Origin: Desulfuromonadales bacterium
GTDB lineage: Bacteria; Desulfobacterota; Desulfuromonadia; Desulfuromonadales; JAWOCM01
DNA: 64,000 bases
Direction of reading: 5' to 3'
Assembly (NCBI GenBank): GCA_046483795.1
Contig: JAWOCM010000059.1
Coordinates: 1,964 to 65,963, forward strand
This document shows, in pieces, positions 7,711 through 18,231 of this stretch. The translations under genes were made by a program, and so were the position numbers. The first letter of the stretch is position 1, and each line of letters begins with the position of its first letter. The notes beneath the pieces were generated by a model. It had not been told where the DNA came from, ran no database searches, and saw nothing but the letters and a program-made list of their open reading frames with translations.

Positions 7711-9269
7711 GTTGGATTCTCCCTGTCAAGCAATTCAAATCGGGCAGCCGGCAGCTCCCCTAGCAGATCGCCGGCGGTCATGCCCGCCTCTCCCTGGCGG
7801 TGCGCAATCCGGTCGGCGGCGCGACCATGCAGATAGACGGCAAGGCTGGCGGCATCAAGTCCCGAAAGCCCCTGGCAGATCAGAGCGCCGATCAAGCCGG
7901 TAAGGACATCGCCCATGCCGCCGGATGCCAGCCCCGGATTGCCAGTGGAATTGATGCGAACGTCCCCTTCCGGTCCTGCGACAACCGTCCGTGCTCCCTT
8001 GAGCAGCACCACCACTTCGTGCTCTGCAGCAAAATCCCGGGCGACGGTGACGCGATCGCTTTCAATCTCGGAAATGCCCAGGCCGGTCAGGCGGGCCATT
8101 TCCCCCGGGTGGGGCGTAAAAACGGTCGTCGTATTCTTTCTCTCTTTCAGGCTTTCGAGATGACCGGCCAATGCGTTGAGTCCGTCGGCGTCGACCACCA
8201 GAGGCAGGGGGCAGGAGCGGATCAACCGGCGTACCAGCTGGACTGTCTGCTCGCACGTGCCGATCCCCGGCCCCAGGGCCAGAGCTTGTTTCCGCTGCGA
8301 CAAAGTGCTGATTTCTTCGAACGCCGACAGGGCCAAAGATCCCTCGACCTCGGGAAGGGCCGCCGTCATCGCCTCGGTCAGCTTGACCTCGAGAATGTCG
8401 TGGATGCCTTGCGGACAGCCGACCGTCACCATCCCGACGCCGCCACGCTGCGCCCCCCGGGCGGTCATGGCTGCCGCGCCCGAGGTCCCGGATGCGCCTG
8501 CAACAACGAGCAGATGTCCGAAACGTCCCTTGTGACCGGTTTCGGGCCTTGCCGGCATCAAAGCAGCCGCCTCGCCCGACTCGATCAGGTCATTGCGGCC
8601 GCCGACCGTCTTGCCTGCCTGCGGGGGGATACCAATGTCGACCACCATCAGTTCTCCCACATACCGTGCACCGGGGTGGCTCGCGTGTCCCACCTTGGCA
8701 AAGGCAAAACTCACGGTAAGATCGGCCTGAACAGCCCGGCCGAGAACCCGACCTGATGAGGCATCGACTCCCGACGGGATATCCACGGCCATAGTCGGGG
8801 CCTTGCAGCTGTTGATCCAGTCGATCACTTCGCCGGGCATGCCGCGAACTTCGCTGTTCAGACCGGTTCCGAGCAGGGCATCGACCAGCACGACAGGCTC
8901 TTCGGACCTGTTGACGGCTTGTTCCCATTTTCCGTCGGGAACAAAACTGACCTCCCCTCCCGACCGAATCAGGGCTTCGAGGAAGATGCCCGCATCGCCG
9001 GTTATATCATCCTTTTGGGCCAGAACGACTGTCCTCGTCCGCCATCCCCTTTCGAGCAGGTGGCGGGCGATCACATAACCGTCCCCGCCGTTGTTGCCCT
9101 TGCCGGCCAGTACGAGAACCGGCCCGGGATACAGATATTCGAAACGCTTGCAGAGGACATCAGCGCCAGCCCGCCCGGCATTCTCCATCAATACAACGCC
9201 GGGGATACCGATATCCTCGATCGTTTGCCGGTCGGCCTCCTGCATCTGCTGAGCGGTCAGAAGTCTCAT
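7704..9269 (-). CDS. nnr: Bifunctional NAD(P)H-hydrate repair enzyme (epimerase + ADP-dependent dehydratase)
   Basis: 521 aa with an N-terminal YjeF_N domain (GKGNNGGDGYV) and a C-terminal carbohydrate-kinase-like domain (GPGIG..GGMGDVLTG). Confidence 0.9.
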   Translation of the reverse strand: MRLLTAQQMQEADRQTIEDIGIPGVVLMENAGRAGADVLCKRFEYLYPGPVLVLAGKGNNGGDGYVIARHLLERGWRTRTVVLAQKDDITGDAGIFLEALIRSGGEVSFVPDGKWEQAVNRSEEPVVLVDALLGTGLNSEVRGMPGEVIDWINSCKAPTMAVDIPSGVDASSGRVLGRAVQADLTVSFAFAKVGHASHPGARYVGELMVVDIGIPPQAGKTVGGRNDLIESGEAAALMPARPETGHKGRFGHLLVVAGASGTSGAAAMTARGAQRGGVGMVTVGCPQGIHDILEVKLTEAMTAALPEVEGSLALSAFEEISTLSQRKQALALGPGIGTCEQTVQLVRRLIRSCPLPLVVDADGLNALAGHLESLKERKNTTTVFTPHPGEMARLTGLGISEIESDRVTVARDFAAEHEVVVLLKGARTVVAGPEGDVRINSTGNPGLASGGMGDVLTGLIGALICQGLSGLDAASLAVYLHGRAADRIAHRQGEAGMTAGDLLGELPAARFELLDRENPTC

Positions 9270-9653
9270 TCATTTCTCCAGAACAACCGTGGCAATCCCG
9301 TATTGACCATCATGACTGTACGAAAGATGGGTCGTACACAAATGGTGATCCTTACATATTCTAGCAGCCTGGCCGGAAAGTTTCAGCGACGGAGCCCCTA
9401 AATCATCCCTCACCACCTCGATATCATGCCATGTGATGCCCCGACGCAGGCCGAGACCGAGTGCTTTGAGAAATGCTTCCTTGGCTGCGAAGCGTACGGC
9501 CAGATGGGATGACGGATCTCTTTTGTCGAGGCAATAATCCTTCTCGGCCTCGGTGAAAATTCGGTCGATGACCCGGTCCTTGCCCAGGTCAAGCAAACGA
9601 TAAAATCGGTCGATCCTGGCCAGATCGACCCCGATGCCGGCAATCGAAGACAT
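9270..9653 (-). CDS. acpS: Holo-[acyl-carrier-protein] synthase
   Basis: 127 aa containing GIGVDLARIDRF..FTEAE..FAAKEAFLKA. It abuts nnr and follows pdxJ, as in E. coli pdxJ-acpS. Confidence 0.9.
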   Translation of the reverse strand: MSSIAGIGVDLARIDRFYRLLDLGKDRVIDRIFTEAEKDYCLDKRDPSSHLAVRFAAKEAFLKALGLGLRRGITWHDIEVVRDDLGAPSLKLSGQAARICKDHHLCTTHLSYSHDGQYGIATVVLEK

Positions 9654-9659
9654 GTCCAG

Positions 9660-10382
9660 CTACTCCTTCAGCAATGCGGTCATTTCCCGAACAGCACGCT
9701 CCATCCCCACCAGAACAGACCGCGAAACGATACTGTGGCCGATGTTGAACTCCTCCACACCCCCGAGCTTGACAACCTCGGCGATATTCCAGTAGTTGAG
9801 CCCATGACCTGCATTGACGCCGAGTCCCAGTTTTCGCCCGGCGCGGATCGCCAGATCTATCTTGCGCAGTTCTTCCCTGATTTCTCGTGGCGATGTGGCC
9901 TCGCAGTAGGCGCCGGTGTGGATCTCTATATAATCGGCGCCGATCCGATGCGAGGTCTTTATCTGTTCAATATCGGGATCGACGAAGAGGCTTACTTCGA
10001 TTCCGCCCTGACGCAGCAAATCCACCTGCCGCTGCAACAGATGGCGATGCATGCGTATGTCAAGTCCGCCCTCGGTCGTCAACTCCTCGCGCTTCTCCGG
10101 AACCAGCGTCACCATGTCGGGCAGAACCTTCAGTGCGATGCTCACCATTTCGTCTGTCGCCGCCATCTCCAGGTTCATCCTGGTCTTGACCATCTTGCGC
10201 AACAATTCCACATCCCGTTCCTGGATATGCCGACGATCCTCTCGAAGATGTACGGTTATCCCACCGGCGCCGGCAAGCTCCGCAAGCGCGGCAGCTGTGA
10301 TCGGATCGGGCTCATCGCCAGCGCGTGCCTGCCGAATTGTGGCCACATGATCAACATTGACTCCCAGTCTGGCCACCGTCAA
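9660..10382 (-). CDS. pdxJ: Pyridoxine 5'-phosphate synthase
   Basis: 240 aa containing [39 protein letters not shown]. Confidence 0.93.
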   Translation of the reverse strand: MTVARLGVNVDHVATIRQARAGDEPDPITAAALAELAGAGGITVHLREDRRHIQERDVELLRKMVKTRMNLEMAATDEMVSIALKVLPDMVTLVPEKREELTTEGGLDIRMHRHLLQRQVDLLRQGGIEVSLFVDPDIEQIKTSHRIGADYIEIHTGAYCEATSPREIREELRKIDLAIRAGRKLGLGVNAGHGLNYWNIAEVVKLGGVEEFNIGHSIVSRSVLVGMERAVREMTALLKE

Positions 10383-11749
10383 CCCTCCTTGCCGTTGTCA
10401 CCGATATGGCGGTCGATCGCCTTGGCTATCTCGTCAGCCATGGCGGCAATTTCTATTTTGTCCTGCCCTTCGAGCATGATCCGCAACAGCGGCTCGGTAC
10501 CGGAATACCGAATCAGGACACGACCATGATCCCCGAGCTTTTTCTCGATGTTCTCAATAGTTTTCTTGACCTCGGGGATATCCATCGGGTCGCGTTTTTC
10601 CGAAACACGGACATTGACCAACACCTGGGGCAGGGCCACCATGACCTTGCTCAGTTCAGAAAGGGGCTTGCCGGTACGCCGCATGATAGCCAGCAACTGC
10701 AGGGCGCTGAGCATGCCGTCACCCGTTGTGCCATGATCGAGGAAAATCATGTGCCCGGACTGTTCGCCGCCGAGGTTATAGCCGTTGCGACGCATCTCTT
10801 CGACAACATAGCGGTCGCCCACATCGGTCTTGAGCACTTTGCCCCCCGCGTTGCGCATAGCGATATCGAGCCCCATGTTGCTCATGACCGTCGCCACAAG
10901 CGTATTGCCGGCCAGCGTTCCCGCCTCGATCATTTGAGTACCGCAAATAGCCATGATGTGGTCACCATCGACCTGCCTGCCGAATTCGTCCACGAAAATA
11001 ACCCGGTCAGCGTCCCCATCAAGAGCGATACCCAGGTGGGCCCGATGCTCGACTACGGCCTCGGCAATCTTTTCGGGATACAAGGAGCCGCAATCGGCAT
11101 TGATGTTGGTCCCGTCCGGGTTGACCCCGATCGGCACCACCTCCGCGCCCAACTCGTGCAGGACGGCAGGGGCCACCTTGTAAGCTGCGCCGTTGGCGCC
11201 GTCGACCACTATTTTCATCCCTTCGAGATCGAGATCCTTGGGAAACGAGTTTTTGAGATAGACGATGTAGCGCCCCTGGGCGTCATCGATGCGAAAGGCC
11301 TTGCCCACTTCCGATGCGATCGGTCGCAGCGACTCGATTTTTTTGGAGAAGATCAGTTCCTCAATCTGCAGTTCCACCTCGTCGGGCAACTTGAAGCCGT
11401 CGCTGGAGAAGAACTTGATCCCGTTATCCTGATACTCATTATGTGATGCGGAAATGACCACACCTGCATCGGCCCGCATCGACGATGTGATGAAAGCGAT
11501 CCCCGGGGTCGGCAAAGGACCGACCAGCAGAACATCCACTCCCATTGAACAGATCCCGGCCACCAGGGCATTTTCGATCATATATCCCGAAAGACGGGTA
11601 TCCTTTCCGATGACGATGCGGTGACGCCTTTGGCTCTGCTTGAAAATATGGGCAGCGGCACGGCCGAGCTGCATGGCCATTTCGGTGGTCATCGGGTGGA
11701 TGTTCGCCACCCCGCGCACCCCGTCTGTGCCGAAAAGCTTTTTTTCCAT
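10379..11749 (-). CDS. glmM: Phosphoglucosamine mutase
   Basis: 456 aa containing FGTDGVRG and the phosphoserine loop [16 protein letters not shown], plus DGDADR and GGEQSGH. Confidence 0.93.
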   Translation of the reverse strand: MEKKLFGTDGVRGVANIHPMTTEMAMQLGRAAAHIFKQSQRRHRIVIGKDTRLSGYMIENALVAGICSMGVDVLLVGPLPTPGIAFITSSMRADAGVVISASHNEYQDNGIKFFSSDGFKLPDEVELQIEELIFSKKIESLRPIASEVGKAFRIDDAQGRYIVYLKNSFPKDLDLEGMKIVVDGANGAAYKVAPAVLHELGAEVVPIGVNPDGTNINADCGSLYPEKIAEAVVEHRAHLGIALDGDADRVIFVDEFGRQVDGDHIMAICGTQMIEAGTLAGNTLVATVMSNMGLDIAMRNAGGKVLKTDVGDRYVVEEMRRNGYNLGGEQSGHMIFLDHGTTGDGMLSALQLLAIMRRTGKPLSELSKVMVALPQVLVNVRVSEKRDPMDIPEVKKTIENIEKKLGDHGRVLIRYSGTEPLLRIMLEGQDKIEIAAMADEIAKAIDRHIGDNGKEG

Positions 11750-11773
11750 TTCCCTGCGACTCCTGTTTCTGGA

Positions 11774-12433
11774 TTATTCCGGCATTCCCGCCGGTTCAAT
11801 ATCGACAAAAACCTTGACCCTGTCTTCGGACAATTTGGAATAATTCCCCTCGTAAGTCAAAGACAGAACTTTTTCAAAGTCCTCTTTAAGCATTTCCACC
11901 GAAAGCGGTTCCGTAGAGATGGCCTCCAGGCCGCGTAAATCTTTTTCTGCACCTTCAACCCTGATCCGGGCCGGGTCGGTGCGAACCGAATCCACCATAA
12001 AACCCTCTGCAGGCTTGCCGACCAAAGCGACCTTCACCGGCAGGCTCTTCTCTTGAATACGGTCGAGCTGAACCTCCACATGGGAAGGGGAGACACGGGT
12101 CACTTTCAAGCCTGTGGGAAGGTTCAGGCGTTCTTCCAGACGGCGAAATGTAGTGGTCCCGGCACTGAGCCCTTCGAGGTCTAACGGGATGCTGATCCTC
12201 TTCTCGTCAAGATTGACCAGAAGTGTTCGCGGGCCACTGATACGCACGTCGATCTGGGCCGGCACCTCGTTGGTTACAGTAAGATCCGGGGGAACGTTTT
12301 TCAGTTCGAGGGGAATACTGTACCGTCTGTCAACCTCCTGCTCCCCCATGACGAAAAACCACAGGACCGCGGCAAATATCAGCGACAGCACCTTCAGCAA
12401 CCAGTTTTCAGTCAGTCTCGAGAAGAAGGGCAT
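11774..12433 (-). CDS. cdaR: YbbR-domain protein, CdaA regulator CdaR
   Basis: 219 aa with an N-terminal TM segment (LKVLSLIFAAVLWFFV) followed by YbbR-like repeats. It sits between cdaA and glmM, as in the conserved cdaA-cdaR-glmM operon. Confidence 0.72.
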   Translation of the reverse strand: MPFFSRLTENWLLKVLSLIFAAVLWFFVMGEQEVDRRYSIPLELKNVPPDLTVTNEVPAQIDVRISGPRTLLVNLDEKRISIPLDLEGLSAGTTTFRRLEERLNLPTGLKVTRVSPSHVEVQLDRIQEKSLPVKVALVGKPAEGFMVDSVRTDPARIRVEGAEKDLRGLEAISTEPLSVEMLKEDFEKVLSLTYEGNYSKLSEDRVKVFVDIEPAGMPE

Positions 12434-13222
12434 CTATCGTTTCCTTTTACCGGGCCCGGAATTTTTCTGTTCGAGAAGACGATTCAGCACTTTTTTCAGA
12501 CCGGTGGAATCCAGGTCACGGGTAATCCGTCCCCCGACGACGACCGATATCTTGCCGGTCTCCTCGGAGACGACGATGGCTACGGCATCAACAAGCTCGG
12601 TCAGACCGATCGCGGCACGGTGACGGGTTCCCAGGGCCTTGCTGATATCCGGATTCGGTGAGAGCGGCAAAAAACAGCCCGCCTGCTGAATGCGTCCCTG
12701 CTGGATGACCACGGCACCGTCGTGAAGGGGCGAGTAGGGAAGAAAGATCGACGTAATCAGATCGGAGGAAACCCGAGCATCGATTCGGGTACCGACTTCG
12801 AGCAGATCTTTCAGGCCGGTCTCGCGTTCGATGACAATGAGAGCGCCGGTCCGCCTGTTGGCAAGGCTGACGCAGGACTGGACGATTTCGTCGATAATCT
12901 CCAGTTCCTCCATAGTCGACATGCCGCCGAAGAAGGGGTTCCGGCCGACATGCATCAGGGCACGGCGGATATCGTTCTGGAAAATAACGACGATGACGAG
13001 AATGATGGAGGAGAGAAAGTTATCGAGGAACCAGTGCAGGGTGTAGAGCCCGACGACCTGAGAGGCAACATATACACCCAGAATGACAGCGAGTCCAAGA
13101 AGCATCTGGACTGCACGGGTCCCCTTGATAAGCAGAAAGATGCGATAGATGATGAAGGCCACGATCGCGATATCGATGATATCAAAAAGAGGCCGGAGGT
13201 TTTGCGACACACCCTGCATCAT
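12434..13222 (-). CDS. cdaA: Diadenylate cyclase (c-di-AMP synthase), membrane-bound CdaA type
   Basis: 262 aa with three N-terminal TM helices and DAC-domain motifs (TGALIVIERE..PLHDGAVVI..GTRHRAAIGLTE). Confidence 0.88.
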   Translation of the reverse strand: MMQGVSQNLRPLFDIIDIAIVAFIIYRIFLLIKGTRAVQMLLGLAVILGVYVASQVVGLYTLHWFLDNFLSSIILVIVVIFQNDIRRALMHVGRNPFFGGMSTMEELEIIDEIVQSCVSLANRRTGALIVIERETGLKDLLEVGTRIDARVSSDLITSIFLPYSPLHDGAVVIQQGRIQQAGCFLPLSPNPDISKALGTRHRAAIGLTELVDAVAIVVSEETGKISVVVGGRITRDLDSTGLKKVLNRLLEQKNSGPGKRKR

Positions 13223-13262
13223 TGGCTCCCGCTTTCGGCGGATACATTGATTGGACTGTCGT

Positions 13263-14471
13263 TTACATGGTGTCCCGACAGATGGCCCAGGCCGTCAGCG
13301 CAACCTCTCTGGCCGGACGGACGTCATGAACTCGAAAGATTGTGGCGCCCTGTTCGACCCCCAGGGCGACGGTCGCCAGGGTCCCGTAAACTCTCTGCTG
13401 CGGATCTTTTTGCTGTAAAACCTTTCCTATGAAGCTCTTGCGCGAGGTTCCGAGAAGAACGGGATAACCTAGGCTGTTCAACTCGGAGAGCCGGCGAAGA
13501 AGCTGGAGATTCCCAGCGGCGTCCTTGCCGAAACCGATTCCAGGATCGACGGCGATCTTCTCTTCAGAAACGCCGGATTCAACGGCCTTCGCGATGCTGT
13601 CACCCAGAGAGGCGATCACTGCGCAAACCAGGTCGTCATAAGTTGTATTCTGCTGCATGGTCTCGGGGCGGCCACGGGTGTGCATGAGGAAGACGCCGGC
13701 TTCGCTCTCAGCGACCACGGACGCCATGGCGTCATCAAAGTTCAGGCCGCTGATATCGTTTACGAAATGGGCTCCGGCCCGAACCGCTTCTCGGGCCACT
13801 TCGCTTTTATTGGTGTCGATGGATATCGGCAGGTCGATTTCCCGGCAGAGACGTTCCACCACCGGAACAACTCGATCGATCTCCTCCTGGAGGCCAACCT
13901 GTTCAGCACCGGGGCGGGTGCTTTCGCCGCCGATATCGATCAGATCGGCACCTTCCCTGTTCATCTCGATGCCCCGGCGGATCGCCCTTTCAGAAGAGGC
14001 ATACACTCCTCCATCCGAAAAGGAGTCGGGCGTCACATTGAGGATTCCCATGATGTTGGGTCTTGTAAGGTCGAGATGACAATCCAGCCCCCGCATAATC
14101 TGCGGCGGATGGGCGGCGCGATCGAGAAGCTCTCCCAATTCATTAGCCAATCGCGCCAGGCCGAAAGGCTGATGGGGCAATCGCTCACAGAGTTTCCGGA
14201 GCTTTTTGCGGGACCCTATCAGAACAACATCGGTGGTCGGGATCTGGCAGGCGACGCTTCCCCGGGCCACAGCCGCATCCCCTCCCAACGCGAGCATTTC
14301 CTGCTTTAGAATATTTGCCGCCCGGCAGGGAACCGCTCTCAACTTGACCAGATGACGGATCATCTTCCCGGCCATGCGCTGAATACCGGCAGGATCGACG
14401 CCCACGGAGGCCAAAGCTTTCAGGGCGTCGTTCTCATTTTCAACACGTAAAAGGCGGGGGGCGTAATCCAT
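13263..14471 (-). CDS. folP: Dihydropteroate synthase with a roughly 135-aa N-terminal extension
   Basis: 402 aa. The pterin-binding core starts at IMGILNVTPDSFSDGG, around residue 140, with DIGGESTRPG downstream. The N-terminal 135 aa contain no motif I recognise. Confidence 0.87.
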   Translation of the reverse strand: MDYAPRLLRVENENDALKALASVGVDPAGIQRMAGKMIRHLVKLRAVPCRAANILKQEMLALGGDAAVARGSVACQIPTTDVVLIGSRKKLRKLCERLPHQPFGLARLANELGELLDRAAHPPQIMRGLDCHLDLTRPNIMGILNVTPDSFSDGGVYASSERAIRRGIEMNREGADLIDIGGESTRPGAEQVGLQEEIDRVVPVVERLCREIDLPISIDTNKSEVAREAVRAGAHFVNDISGLNFDDAMASVVAESEAGVFLMHTRGRPETMQQNTTYDDLVCAVIASLGDSIAKAVESGVSEEKIAVDPGIGFGKDAAGNLQLLRRLSELNSLGYPVLLGTSRKSFIGKVLQQKDPQQRVYGTLATVALGVEQGATIFRVHDVRPAREVALTAWAICRDTM

Positions 14472-16351
14472 CAGGCCTCAGGTGTCACCGAATCATCGGT
14501 ACAAGGCCCTGCAGCCGGCGCGATCGTTTCGCCCTCCTCCTCTTTCTCTTCCGGGGGGACCTCCGAGGACTGAAAAGCCAGCTCGCGCAGTTCCTTGCCA
14601 TCGATGGTTTCCCGGACCAGCAGGGCCTGGGCTACACGCTCCAGAGCGTCGCGATTCTCTGTAAGAATCTTTTCCGTCCGCTCGTAATTTTTTTGTATGA
14701 TGTCGTGAATTTCACCGTCTATGGCAACGGCAGTCGCCTCGCTGAAATTCTTGACATGTCCCATGTCCCGGCCGAGGAAAACTTCACCCTCTTTTTCCCC
14801 GAATGTCACCGGTCCGATTTTTTTGCTCATTCCCCATTCGCAAACCATCTTGCGGGCGATTTCGGTGGCCCGGTCGAGGTCGTTGCTGGCACCGCTGGTG
14901 ACGCTTTCGAACGTCATCGCTTCGGCAATACGACCGCCGAGCAGAGTGCATATCCGGGTATGCAGTCCCGTTTCGGTTTCGTTGTATTTATCCTCCTCCG
15001 GCAGGTACATGGTGATGCCCATGGCGCGGCCGCGGGGAATGATCGATATCTTGTGGACCGGATCGGAGCCGGGGATATGCAGTCCCACCAGGGCATGTCC
15101 CGCTTCATGGTAAGCCGTCACCTTCTTCTCTTCTTCGGTGATGACCATGGAACGCCGCTCGGTGCCCATCATGACCTTGTCCTTGGCCCCTTCCAGATCG
15201 GCCATATCGACTTCGTCCTTGTTGTAACGGGCCGCGAGCAGAGCTGCCTCGTTAATGAGGTTCTCCAGGTCTGCGCCCGAGAAACCGGGAGTCCCGCGAG
15301 CCACCACTTCGAGATCCGCTTCGGGGGACAGGGGAATCTTGCGGGCATGAACTTTCAGGATTTTGGAGCGCCCTCGCACGTCGGGCCTGGGGACAACGAC
15401 CTGACGGTCGAATCGTCCCGGACGCAGCAGAGCCGGGTCGAGCACATCGGGACGGTTGGTTGCGGAGATAAGGATGACACCCTCATTCGATTCGAACCCG
15501 TCCATCTCGACCAGAAGTTGATTCAATGTCTGTTCACGCTCGTCGTGACCGCCGCCCAGACCGGCACCGCGATGGCGGCCGACGGCGTCGATTTCATCGA
15601 TAAAGATGATGCAGGGGGCATTCTTTTTGCCCTGCAGAAACAGGTCGCGAACGCGGCTGGCACCGACGCCGACGAACATTTCAACAAAATCGGAGCCGGA
15701 AATGGTGAAAAACGGCACCCCGGCTTCTCCTGCAATGGCGCGGGCCAGCAAAGTTTTGCCGGTACCCGGAGAGCCGAGCAGCAAAACGCCCTTCGGAATC
15801 CTTCCGCCGAGCCGCGAGAACTTTTTGGGATCCTTCAGGAAGGAGACGATCTCCTCGAGCTCTTCCTTGGCCTCGTCGATGCCGGCCACATCTCCGAAAG
15901 TGATAACTGTCTGGGTGTCGGACTGGAGTTTGGCCTTGCTTTTGCCGAAACTCATCGCTTTGCCGCCGCCCGACTGCATTTGGCGCATAAAGAAGATCCA
16001 GACCGCAATCAGGAGCAGAATGGGCCCCCAGGAGACAAGCAGGGTAAACCAGAGACCGCGATCTTCCTGCGGCTTGGCCTCGATTTCGACGCCTTGCTCG
16101 CGCAGTTCGGGAATCAGCTGACTATCTTCGGGGGCATAGGTTTCGAACTGGCCGCCATCCTGATACTGGCCGGTGATTTTTGGTCCCTCGATAGTGACTT
16201 TACCGATATTGTTGGAGTCGAGCTCCGCCAGAAAGTTTGAATAGCTGATCGGTTTCTGTTCCGTCTCCTTGTTCGTCATCATATTGAAAAGCAGAACCAT
16301 CATCAGACTGATGACAAGCCAGAGTGCAAGATTCTTATAAAACTGGTTCAC
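14471..16351 (-). CDS. ftsH: ATP-dependent zinc metalloprotease FtsH
   Basis: 626 aa with two TM segments, the AAA Walker A motif [23 protein letters not shown], the SRH region, and the Zn site HEAGHAL. Confidence 0.96.
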   Translation of the reverse strand: MNQFYKNLALWLVISLMMVLLFNMMTNKETEQKPISYSNFLAELDSNNIGKVTIEGPKITGQYQDGGQFETYAPEDSQLIPELREQGVEIEAKPQEDRGLWFTLLVSWGPILLLIAVWIFFMRQMQSGGGKAMSFGKSKAKLQSDTQTVITFGDVAGIDEAKEELEEIVSFLKDPKKFSRLGGRIPKGVLLLGSPGTGKTLLARAIAGEAGVPFFTISGSDFVEMFVGVGASRVRDLFLQGKKNAPCIIFIDEIDAVGRHRGAGLGGGHDEREQTLNQLLVEMDGFESNEGVILISATNRPDVLDPALLRPGRFDRQVVVPRPDVRGRSKILKVHARKIPLSPEADLEVVARGTPGFSGADLENLINEAALLAARYNKDEVDMADLEGAKDKVMMGTERRSMVITEEEKKVTAYHEAGHALVGLHIPGSDPVHKISIIPRGRAMGITMYLPEEDKYNETETGLHTRICTLLGGRIAEAMTFESVTSGASNDLDRATEIARKMVCEWGMSKKIGPVTFGEKEGEVFLGRDMGHVKNFSEATAVAIDGEIHDIIQKNYERTEKILTENRDALERVAQALLVRETIDGKELRELAFQSSEVPPEEKEEEGETIAPAAGPCTDDSVTPEA

Positions 16352-16427
16352 ATATCCCCCTAGATGTCTTATTGCCGCCTGCAGCCTCTGAGAGGCCAGA
16401 AATCCCCAAGCGAATCAAGGCTAAAAA

Positions 16428-17828
16428 TTAGCACAAACCTCGTGAATCCACAAGCCATTTGTCAAGCACAGGACAGCTGGAAAACTCGATTCGAAGGACT
16501 TTTTCAGTATCGCTGTCAGGCATGAACCGACATGACCTTCTGAGCCCGGCAGCCCAAAGGACTTCACTGTCCCGGGCCAGCAGCGGCAAGGCCTGCCGCA
16601 GTTCTTTTTCGATTTTGGCATCGATAAAAAGGTTCTTTATCTTCTTGAAGCCGGCGACCCTCGGAAGGGCAATACGGTCACCGGGACGAAAGTTTCGGAT
16701 CTGCAGTGGAAACAGAAGAGCCGAGGAGAACTCTGCCATCCTTGGGTCATCCGTTCGCAGAGCTTTTTCCTGCCGGCTGACGATAACCAGACCGCCGCAG
16801 GGAAGCTGCCAGGTTCCCGTCCCCTCGATCGTCACCGAATAGTCCTGAGGTTCGGGGGGCGGATGTTCGCCCAGCAGAAGATAATCGTAACGTCGGCCCG
16901 CCCAGGCTCGGGACAGATCCACCTCCCCTTGAGGCGGTCCGTTTTCGAGCAACCGTTCGATATGAGCGATATGAGCGGCATCGATCCCGTGCACATCCCC
17001 CCGGAGCCGGCATAAAGCACGCCGGATCACCCGCGGGCGCAATGCCCGATGCAGACTGAGAAGGCCGGAGCAGTCAAGACGCAGATAATCCCCGTCTCTG
17101 CTGGACAGGTCCTCGAGAGCCCGCTCCTCGCATTCGCGCCAGAAGTCCGCCTCGGCTGAAAGCTGATCGCAGAGGCGGGCCACGGAACTGTCCAGCGCCG
17201 GCTGCAATTCGCGAAGCACCGGCAGAACCCGGTGCCGGATCCGGTTTCGGGTGAACCGCATATCCAGGTTGCTGGCGTCTTCTACATGCTCCAGCTGATG
17301 TCTTCGTGAATACGCTTCGATGCGCTCCGGAGAAAAATGAAGCAACGGGCGCACAAAAACATCGCTGCGTGGGCGCATTGCCGCCAGCCCTGAAGAGCCT
17401 GTTCCCCGCAGAAGCCGCTGAAGGAAGGTTTCCACCTGATCGCCCCGGTGATGTCCCAGGGCGATCACCTGACACGACTCCGCCCGGGCAACTTGCCGCA
17501 GAAATCGCCGGCGTTCTTCTCGGGCCGTTTCCTCAAGGCCCTTTCGGCGCGTCTGCGCCAGGGCGCGAACATCCACCCGCCCCTCAAAGCAGGGCACCCC
17601 CCATTTCTCGCACAACCGCCGGACAAAAGAGGCATCGCCCCTCCCCTCGGCACGCATGCCATGGTCGAGGTGGGCCACGCAAAGATGGACAGAGAGGGCC
17701 GCCGCGGAATCAAGGAGCAAGTGAAGCAGCACCACACTGTCCCGTCCTCCCGAGACGGCAACCAGAACCCGGTCGCCCGGCTGGATCAGGTTCTGGTCTG
17801 ATATTGTCTTGATCAATGTATCGCGCAC
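16428..17828 (-). CDS. tilS: tRNA(Ile)-lysidine synthase
   Basis: 466 aa with the PP-loop VAVSGGRDSVVLLHLL. It uses a GTG start with a GGAGG SD 9 nt upstream. tilS-ftsH adjacency is widespread. Confidence 0.88.
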   Translation of the reverse strand: MRDTLIKTISDQNLIQPGDRVLVAVSGGRDSVVLLHLLLDSAAALSVHLCVAHLDHGMRAEGRGDASFVRRLCEKWGVPCFEGRVDVRALAQTRRKGLEETAREERRRFLRQVARAESCQVIALGHHRGDQVETFLQRLLRGTGSSGLAAMRPRSDVFVRPLLHFSPERIEAYSRRHQLEHVEDASNLDMRFTRNRIRHRVLPVLRELQPALDSSVARLCDQLSAEADFWRECEERALEDLSSRDGDYLRLDCSGLLSLHRALRPRVIRRALCRLRGDVHGIDAAHIAHIERLLENGPPQGEVDLSRAWAGRRYDYLLLGEHPPPEPQDYSVTIEGTGTWQLPCGGLVIVSRQEKALRTDDPRMAEFSSALLFPLQIRNFRPGDRIALPRVAGFKKIKNLFIDAKIEKELRQALPLLARDSEVLWAAGLRRSCRFMPDSDTEKVLRIEFSSCPVLDKWLVDSRGLC

Positions 17829-17880
17829 ACAACCTCCGCGTGCTGACGAACTTCGCAGGCGCAGAATGCTCGAAACAGTT

Positions 17881-17939
17881 CGCCACCAATAAACAAACCC
17901 CCTCCTGCGCTGCAGAAGGGGGTTTGTTTATTGGTGGCG
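17881..17939 (-). terminator. Long perfect hairpin/terminator immediately after, and overlapping, the tRNA(CAU) 3' end
   Basis: The arms CGCCACCAATAAACAAACCCCCT (17881-17903) and AGGGGGTTTGTTTATTGGTGGCG (17917-17939) are perfectly complementary over 23 bp, with 4 further pairs in the loop region. The GC core is followed by UUUGUUUAUU on the minus strand. The outer 8 bp use the mature tRNA 3' end CGCCACCA. Confidence 0.6.
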
Positions 17940-18008
17940 GTGCAGAGATTCGAACTCCGGACGCTGCGGATATGAGCCGCATGCTCTAACCAACTGAGCT
18001 ACACCGCC
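17932..18008 (-). tRNA. tRNA with CAT anticodon: elongator tRNA-Met most likely (tRNA-Ile2/lysidine not excluded)
   Basis: The reverse complement is GGCGGTGTAGCTCAGTTGGTTAGAGCATGCGGCTCATATCCGCAGCGTCCGGAGTTCGAATCTCTGCACCGCCACCA. It folds as a cloverleaf with anticodon loop CT-CAT-AT and an encoded CCA. Confidence 0.9.
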
Positions 18009-18047
18009 GAACCTGCAATCCCTCGCTGTTCCGGAGGGTATATAATT

Positions 18048-18124
<77 letters not shown>

Positions 18125-18138
18125 ACAACGAAGACGTA

Positions 18139-18167
18139 AAAATACTCCCGTTATTGCAACTTGTCAA
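18139..18167 (-). promoter_or_regulatory. Sigma-70 promoter of the tRNA-fMet/tRNA-Met transcript
   Basis: TTGACA, a 17-nt spacer, then TATTTT on the minus strand. The -10 element ends 14 nt before the mature tRNA-fMet 5' end. Confidence 0.55.
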
Positions 18168-18231
18168 GGGGAAACTTGGCACATTTTGACATCTTCTCAA
18201 AAACCACACTGAACCGATAATCCGATGAAAA

